Of a stretch of DNA of 64,000 nt, positions 59,492-64,000 are shown in pieces. Source of the stretch: a virus (lineage: Duplodnaviria > Caudoviricetes); IMG/VR virus record IMGVR_UViG_3300020431_000008, positions 13,603 to 77,602 of that record. One strand, 5' to 3'. The notes under the pieces are model-generated. The model had not been told where the DNA came from and searched no databases. It saw nothing but the letters and a program-made list of their open reading frames with translations. Every line of letters starts with the position of its first letter. Positions within the stretch are counted from its first letter, which is position 1. The position numbers were made by a program, and so were the translations under genes.

Positions 59492-59748
59492 TGATTAGTT
59501 TGAATAAGATACTTTTTAATTTCTGAGTATGCAAAGTCTCTCAATCTTTGGTTAGTTGATGTATCTAATACTCTATACATTTTGTTGATATAATCATTAG
59601 GAGTAGTTACAGTTACTGATTGTTTAGTAGTCAATCCTATTTGATTAAGATTACTTCCTGCCTTTACTTTTGTCTTACCAAAGTTACCTGTAACATTGCC
59701 TTGTGTTCTAAGTTTAGGTTTAATCTTTGAGAGGTTAGAGTAAGTCAT
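59479..59748 (-). CDS. Basic early hypothetical protein
   Basis: 89 aa; ATGA coupling to upstream ORF. Confidence 0.75.
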   Translation of the reverse strand: MTYSNLSKIKPKLRTQGNVTGNFGKTKVKAGSNLNQIGLTTKQSVTVTTPNDYINKMYRVLDTSTNQRLRDFAYSEIKKYLIQTNQWNT

Positions 59749-59867
59749 TGAAGTTGTTCTAGTGTTTGGTTTCTTTCCTGAATCTTTTGAGTAATGTCTG
59801 AATCAAGAACATCAACCAAAAGATTTACACCTAGGAAAGTAAAGAATACAACAAGTAAGATTCTCAT
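59745..59867 (-). CDS. 40-aa putative membrane peptide
   Basis: Hand-translated MRILLVVFFTFLGVNLLVDVLDSDITQKIQERNQTLEQLQ; ATGA overlaps at both ends. Confidence 0.75.
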   Translation of the reverse strand: MRILLVVFFTFLGVNLLVDVLDSDITQKIQERNQTLEQLQ

Positions 59868-60109
59868 AGTTCCTCAATCATTTCATCAAGTTCAACTAGG
59901 TTAAGATTAACATCATCCCATTTTACTCCATCTAAGGTTGTACCACCTTCCTCAATATACTGATTAAGGAAGTCTTGATATGAGTAACAACGTCTTGCTT
60001 GATTGTATAGACCCTCATCATTACCAATCCATAGTGCTACATTCCAGGTTTCATAGTTACTCCAACCATTGTAAGTTGTGTCTTCAATTGTAGTTTGAAA
60101 TGAGGTCAT
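59864..60109 (-). CDS. Early hypothetical protein (YNGWSNYETWNVALW family)
   Basis: 81 aa; this N-terminal motif is common in phage early genes. Confidence 0.8.
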   Translation of the reverse strand: MTSFQTTIEDTTYNGWSNYETWNVALWIGNDEGLYNQARRCYSYQDFLNQYIEEGGTTLDGVKWDDVNLNLVELDEMIEEL

Positions 60110-60192
60110 GATGTTAGATTAGTGATGTTGGTTCAGTGAAACAATTCCCAGAAACAATCTTAGAGAGAAGTGGGATAGAGAAGACTGAACCC

Positions 60193-60230
60193 TTACACTA
60201 TAGAGGACATTTAGAGGTTACTAACTTTAA
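60193..60230 (-). repeat. Early promoter-like repeat, copy 2
   Basis: 38-nt core identical to copies 5 and 6. Confidence 0.9.
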
Positions 60231-60233
60231 TAG

Positions 60234-60374
60234 TCAGAATGTAATCTCATTAAGTGTTGGTTGCTTGATTACTGATTGTTGATTAGTACCCTCAACAATA
60301 GTATTCAAAATCTCAAGGATTTCTGTTCCTGTGTTACCCTTACTAAGAAGAGCAATCATTACAGAATTAGACAT
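60234..60374 (-). CDS. 46-aa early hypothetical protein
   Basis: Hand-translated MSNSVMIALLSKGNTGTEILEILNTIVEGTNQQSVIKQPTLNEITF. Confidence 0.7.
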   Translation of the reverse strand: MSNSVMIALLSKGNTGTEILEILNTIVEGTNQQSVIKQPTLNEITF

Positions 60375-60437
60375 GATGTGAGTGTTAATTAGTGTGTTTT
60401 GAGTAAATGTTAGTTTACAGTCATCACGGACTATTAC

Positions 60438-60797
60438 TTAAGCAAAGATGAAACCATTAGTGAAATCATAGGTATTAAAGACTTTACTTTGTCCTGCCAT
60501 TCCTACAAACTTATCAACATACCACTTAAAGTTCTTTTGATAAACACATTCACCATCAATACAAAACTCATTACATAGTGCATTTAATCTACTCTTTGTT
60601 GTATTAGATTGCCAACCACCATCAAAGATTGTCATATTATCATCAGTTACTTCTGCAATAAGATTGTTATGTAGATAGACTTGAGTTACAACACATTCTT
60701 TATCATCATTGAAGAAATTAATTGTGTGAGTATTGCCAGACTTCCAATCTTTCTCAGAATTGATAGCAGCAATCATTTGAGTTTCAATCTTTCTCAT
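60438..60797 (-). CDS. Early hypothetical protein (MRKIE...GGWQSNTTKSRLNAL family)
   Basis: 119 aa directly after repeat copy 3. Confidence 0.85.
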   Translation of the reverse strand: MRKIETQMIAAINSEKDWKSGNTHTINFFNDDKECVVTQVYLHNNLIAEVTDDNMTIFDGGWQSNTTKSRLNALCNEFCIDGECVYQKNFKWYVDKFVGMAGQSKVFNTYDFTNGFIFA

Positions 60798-60810
60798 GGT
60801 TGGTTTTGTA

Positions 60811-60852
60811 GTGGTTACACTATAGATGACATTTGAAGGTTACTAACTTTAA
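60811..60852 (-). repeat. Early promoter-like repeat, copy 3
   Basis: Minus strand TTAAAGTTAGTAACCTTCAAATGTCATCTATAGTGTAACCAC. Confidence 0.9.
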
Positions 60853-60904
60853 TTAAAATATATTTGCTTAGATCAATGTTACACTAATTCCTGCTGTTGT
60901 AACA

Positions 60905-61165
60905 TTAGTTGGCAGATGTTAATGTAATTCGGTTAATCTCATCTTCAATACATTCTGCAATCTGTTCAAAAATATAATCACCTTCATGAACTTCGGTTAA
61001 TACTTTTCCAGTAATCTCTTCAGAATAATATACTTCGTCACCATCATCATTCATCGTCAATACATCATTAGCAGAGAAAATCCAATATGCTACAGGTGCA
61101 TTTTCTCCCTGTTCTTTGATCATACTATTAACACGGTCTTGAAGTTGCTTGAGAGTGTAGTTCAT
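60905..61165 (-). CDS. Acidic early hypothetical protein
   Basis: 86-aa ORF. Confidence 0.75.
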   Translation of the reverse strand: MNYTLKQLQDRVNSMIKEQGENAPVAYWIFSANDVLTMNDDGDEVYYSEEITGKVLTEVHEGDYIFEQIAECIEDEINRITLTSAN

Positions 61166-61196
61166 AATTTGTTCCTAATTTGGGTGAGATTGGGAG

Positions 61197-61391
61197 TTAG
61201 TTAGTAAATGTAATCTCATATTCATTTTCCTCTGTAATTAACCTGATACCATTATCACCAAAAGATGAGTAATCTAATAATGGTGCAATAACATCAGTCT
61301 CTAGATTATGAAGATAAACATACTCTTCATCACCATATGTGATACAGATACTATTCAATGAATCACAGATTTCAACAGTTTTGATGAACAT
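61197..61391 (-). CDS. Acidic early hypothetical protein
   Basis: 64-aa ORF. Confidence 0.65.
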   Translation of the reverse strand: MFIKTVEICDSLNSICITYGDEEYVYLHNLETDVIAPLLDYSSFGDNGIRLITEENEYEITFTN

Positions 61392-61428
61392 AATAAAAAA
61401 AGAAAAGTGTGTGGATTAATGTAAAAGA

Positions 61429-61638
61429 TTAAGCAGTTGCTGATTCATAGATTTCATAAAACATATCCCATGCTTTAGTATCATGAACAAAAGAATTAAT
61501 TCCTATCTGATCAGAAACCCAATCATATGCAAAATCAATATCTGCACCTGTTTCTAATACAAAGGATTGTAACCCTTGTAATGTGTCAATGAATTTTGGA
61601 TCTGTGTGAATCATATTGTTGTTTGATGTAGTGCTCAT
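61429..61638 (-). CDS. Early hypothetical protein (true start probably 61614, MIHTDPKF...)
   Basis: ATG at 61638 abuts the -10 of repeat copy 4 and would lie upstream of the predicted start site. Confidence 0.7.
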   Translation of the reverse strand: MSTTSNNNMIHTDPKFIDTLQGLQSFVLETGADIDFAYDWVSDQIGINSFVHDTKAWDMFYEIYESATA

Positions 61639-61672
61639 ACTATAGGGGACATTTGGAGGTTACTAACTTTAA
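61631..61672 (-). repeat. Early promoter-like repeat, copy 4
   Basis: Minus strand TTAAAGTTAGTAACCTCCAAATGTCCCCTATAGTATGAGCAC. Confidence 0.85.
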
Positions 61673-61677
61673 TCATA

Positions 61678-61857
61678 TTAATCTTTATCACTTATGTTCC
61701 ATCTAGTGATAGGTACTAACTTAATCTCACCAGAACGTAATTTGTTCCTATATTCTTCTTCCTTCTGCAATTGTAAAATATAATTCTTTAATGCTGCTTG
61801 AATAATTGGATCATTCTTTGCAGTTTCATTTTGTAAAAAGCAATCCTTTTTAATCAT
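61678..61857 (-). CDS. 59-aa early hypothetical protein
   Basis: Hand-translated MIKKDCFLQNETAKNDPIIQAALKELYLQLQKEEEYRNKLRSGEIKLVPITRWNISDKD; A/C-rich leader. Confidence 0.7.
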   Translation of the reverse strand: MIKKDCFLQNETAKNDPIIQAALKNYILQLQKEEEYRNKLRSGEIKLVPITRWNISDKD

Positions 61858-61975
61858 GGTTTTGTGGTGTAAAATGTTGTTTTGTGTGGTGTGGTGTGTA
61901 AAGATTTCTCTCCAACAATGGGTCTTATATGTAACATAGTAACCACCACAATCATTTAGTTACAATGCCCATCTA

Positions 61976-62269
61976 TCACAATTGTGAATAAACTACCTTG
62001 ATATTATTAGAGATAATAGGTTGATCACAATTTTCATCAATACTATATGTTGCAACCTTACTAATCAATCTTTTATCAATAGAACCTGAATTATCAATCA
62101 CTGTTGTATTAACAAATTCTGCACCTTTATACTCTAGTTGATTCTCAATCCATTCAAATAGTTCTGACTTACTATCAAATAGTTTTACAGTAGAAAGATC
62201 ATTGTCTGCTGTTGCAACATATGCACCACTGAAATCAGGGTTCATAGAAGAGAAAGAATAGAAAGGCAT
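61976..62269 (-). CDS. Early hypothetical protein
   Basis: 97 aa directly after repeat copy 5. Confidence 0.75.
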   Translation of the reverse strand: MPFYSFSSMNPDFSGAYVATADNDLSTVKLFDSKSELFEWIENQLEYKGAEFVNTTVIDNSGSIDKRLISKVATYSIDENCDQPIISNNIKVVYSQL

Positions 62270-62279
62270 CAGAGTTTGT

Positions 62280-62321
62280 GTGGTTACACTATAGAGGACA
62301 TTTAGAGGTTACTAACTTTAA
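62280..62321 (-). repeat. Early promoter-like repeat, copy 5
   Basis: Minus strand TTAAAGTTAGTAACCTCTAAATGTCCTCTATAGTGTAACCAC; contains the stop codon of the upstream ORF. Confidence 0.9.
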
Positions 62322-62500
62322 TAGTGAGTAGAATAGGATGCTATATGACCAGGAACACCACTTAATGCAAGTCCTGTGTTCTGATAATCCGCATAATCAT
62401 CAGCAGCATCTTCACTATCAAAAGGTCCAATAAATTGTGGTTCATCATATTCAGCAGAATAGAATCTTACATAGTATTTTTTTGAGTTGATGGAAAACAT
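62318..62500 (-). CDS. 60-aa early hypothetical protein
   Basis: Bounded by repeat copies 6 and 5; YVRF...IGPFDSEDAA motif. Confidence 0.75.
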   Translation of the reverse strand: MFSINSKKYYVRFYSAEYDEPQFIGPFDSEDAADDYADYQNTGLALSGVPGHIASYSTHY

Positions 62501-62516
62501 TTGATTGATTGAGTGC

Positions 62517-62554
62517 TTACACTATAGAGGACATTTAGAGGTTACTAACTTTAA
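62517..62554 (-). repeat. Early promoter-like repeat, copy 6
   Basis: 38-nt core identical to copies 2 and 5. Confidence 0.9.
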
Positions 62555-62585
62555 TTAAAATATATTTGCTTAGACATGATGATAA

Positions 62586-62750
62586 TTAACCTCCAAACAT
62601 TTCCTCAAAAAGAGGAGTTTCACGATTCTCTCTATCATACATCTCATTGACTAACCAAATGTTTTGTTTAATCCATGCAATCTCTTGTTCTTTTTTTGTC
62701 AACATTTGACGAAGTTCATAGAGTTGTTGATTTCTTTCTGTGATTGTCAT
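62586..62750 (-). CDS. 54-aa early hypothetical protein
   Basis: Hand-translated MTITERNQQLYELRQMLTKKEQEIAWIKQNIWLVNEMYDRENRETPLFEEMFGG; bounded by copies 7 and 6. Confidence 0.75.
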   Translation of the reverse strand: MTITERNQQLYELRQMLTKKEQEIAWIKQNIWLVNEMYDRENRETPLFEEMFGG

Positions 62751-62759
62751 AATAGTTCA

Positions 62760-62801
62760 GTGGTTACACTACAGAGGACATTTGAAGGTTACTAACTTTA
62801 A
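62760..62801 (-). repeat. Early promoter-like repeat, copy 7 (-10 variant TGTAGT)
   Basis: Minus strand TTAAAGTTAGTAACCTTCAAATGTCCTCTGTAGTGTAACCAC. Confidence 0.88.
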
Positions 62802-63002
62802 TTACCCATGATTATCCATAAACTCATCAAGAGTATAATACTCACCAGTTGATGTTTCCTCAATCAATTCTTTCACAGTAAGTTTCTCTAGATCCTTACG
62901 ATATTCTTCAGGTGTTTGATCTTCAGGGTCATAATCATCATGACAAAGATAATCCCATTCATGCACTAATGCGTCAATTAGTTGTTCTTTAGTGTAGTCC
63001 AT
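62802..63002 (-). CDS. Acidic early hypothetical protein
   Basis: 66 aa; stop immediately abuts repeat copy 7. Confidence 0.75.
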   Translation of the reverse strand: MDYTKEQLIDALVHEWDYLCHDDYDPEDQTPEEYRKDLEKLTVKELIEETSTGEYYTLDEFMDNHG

Positions 63003-63112
63003 AATTGTAATAAATTGATTTTCTCATATCCTGATGGAGATGGATGACCTATCACACCTAAACTGTCCCAATATGGAAAAATCAGTTTATGATACCCCCA
63101 AACCCCTTGCTA

Positions 63113-63994
63113 TCACTGGAATGAACCAGTGGTAAAATTTGCATAAGCAAAGCAAGGACGATCCACCAGTTTCACTGTTCCATAATCAGTAGAATGGAAT
63201 ATGAACCCCTCACCATCAATTTCTACATCATCAAAGATGAATGCTAGAGGAGCATCATTGACAATAAAACTATCAATCAGATCTTCCTTGATTTCAATCA
63301 CCAACTGATACAGATTAGCAAGTTGTGGAGAACCAAGAATATCTGTAAGAATAGAATCAGTCAAATCCCTACCTGACTTGATTACTGCATTTATCTCTTT
63401 CTTAGCAGTTTCTGCCTCTTTCTTACTTAAGAAGGCAATTGTGTCTGCATTGATGTTAGGTGCCTCTGTAGGGGCATATAACCTATCTACAGAAGGTTGC
63501 ACCCACTTAATAGCAGCAGAGTCCTCAAATGTGTCCTGCAAAGGTTCACAAACAGAATCATACAATTCATTGTGAACATAAACTTGTGTATGTGGAGCAA
63601 TCACAAGTAGTGACTCAATATTCTCTGGGAAGAGATATGAAATAGTGTTAGGTTTGAGAATGTTAGTTCCACCAAACCCAAGAAAGTCACCCCAGTAGAT
63701 GTTATCAGTCCTAGGCAGATGAGACAGACAAAGTGATAGTCTGTTTGCTAAGTCTGGTTGATGACCAAAGTGAATATCAATGTCCTCTTGTGTGTAACAA
63801 AGACGAATCTTCTTCTTGTTAAATGCTGCTTTGGTGCAGACAAAAAACTCACCATTAGCAGGATTAGTGCCCCAAACTAATGAAATTCCATCCATTTTCA
63901 TGGAGATTTCTGCTACATCATAAAGGATATTAAAGACACTAAGGTCACCTGTAAGGATAAGATCTTCAGGGTGTTCAATGTGAGTTTGAGTCAT
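63113..63994 (-). CDS. Ligase-fold covalent nucleotidyltransferase-like protein
   Basis: Motif I MKMDG, III WGDF, IV EGFIF, V VKLVD; start is near the window edge and could extend. Confidence 0.7.
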   Translation of the reverse strand: MTQTHIEHPEDLILTGDLSVFNILYDVAEISMKMDGISLVWGTNPANGEFFVCTKAAFNKKKIRLCYTQEDIDIHFGHQPDLANRLSLCLSHLPRTDNIYWGDFLGFGGTNILKPNTISYLFPENIESLLVIAPHTQVYVHNELYDSVCEPLQDTFEDSAAIKWVQPSVDRLYAPTEAPNINADTIAFLSKKEAETAKKEINAVIKSGRDLTDSILTDILGSPQLANLYQLVIEIKEDLIDSFIVNDAPLAFIFDDVEIDGEGFIFHSTDYGTVKLVDRPCFAYANFTTGSFQ

Positions 63995-64000
63995 AATCTT

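Noticed and set aside
61930-61964. GTTACA(A/T)(A/T) words as cyanobacterial HLR1 (RpaB) sites, also at 58621 and 58958
   Set aside because: HLR1 needs two direct repeats with 10-bp period; here they are single half-sites or have 8-bp period
58820-62801. The seven ~40-bp repeats as a CRISPR array
   Set aside because: Inter-repeat distances are 0.24-1.4 kb, variable and filled with intact ORFs; repeats contain a -10 box; no cas genes in the window
58820-62801. The repeats as integron attC sites
   Set aside because: No RYYYAAC/GTTRRRY pair or long imperfect hairpin, and no integrase in the window; only the cassette-like layout is analogous
63003-63112. A promoter or terminator between the ligase-like gene and ORF 62802-63002
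   Set aside because: Contains GGGACAGT and a weak TGATA/TATCA repeat, but no convincing -35/-10 pair or U-tract hairpin; left uncalled
1-64000. tRNA/rRNA genes and auxiliary metabolic genes (psbA, hli, etc.)
   Set aside because: None recognised by eye and intergenic gaps are mostly too short; a tRNAscan-SE/Infernal run on 58370-59300 would be the decisive check

Overview
The window is a 64-kb segment of a large T4-like myovirus genome. Gene order and the set of hypothetical neighbours point to a marine cyanophage (Kyanoviridae-like). No photosynthesis genes lie in the window, so the host is inferred. All credible genes are on the minus strand, so transcription runs from high to low coordinates. 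(i) 64.0-58.6 kb is an early/accessory region of tiny ORFs and one ligase-fold protein, punctuated by seven copies of a ~40-bp promoter-like repeat. (ii) 59.3-58.4 kb is a mostly non-coding island with consensus sigma70 promoters on both strands, TTTTCCACA DnaA-type boxes and an AT-rich tract, a candidate origin. (iii) 58.4-56.4 kb holds glycosyltransferase-like and ATP-grasp-like genes. (iv) 56.4-6.1 kb is the virion module: gp25, gp6, a 4034-aa gp7-like protein, a cupredoxin-bearing fibre, an S8 protease, gp8, a 2517-aa structural protein, gp13-16, an accessory fibre cassette, gp17-23 and gp3, with T4-type late promoters. (v) 6.1-0 kb carries uvsY, uvsW, gp55, gp47 and a truncated gp46. I saw no tRNA, rRNA, CRISPR array, intron or intein. 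All family assignments come from motif recognition by eye, not from database searches.
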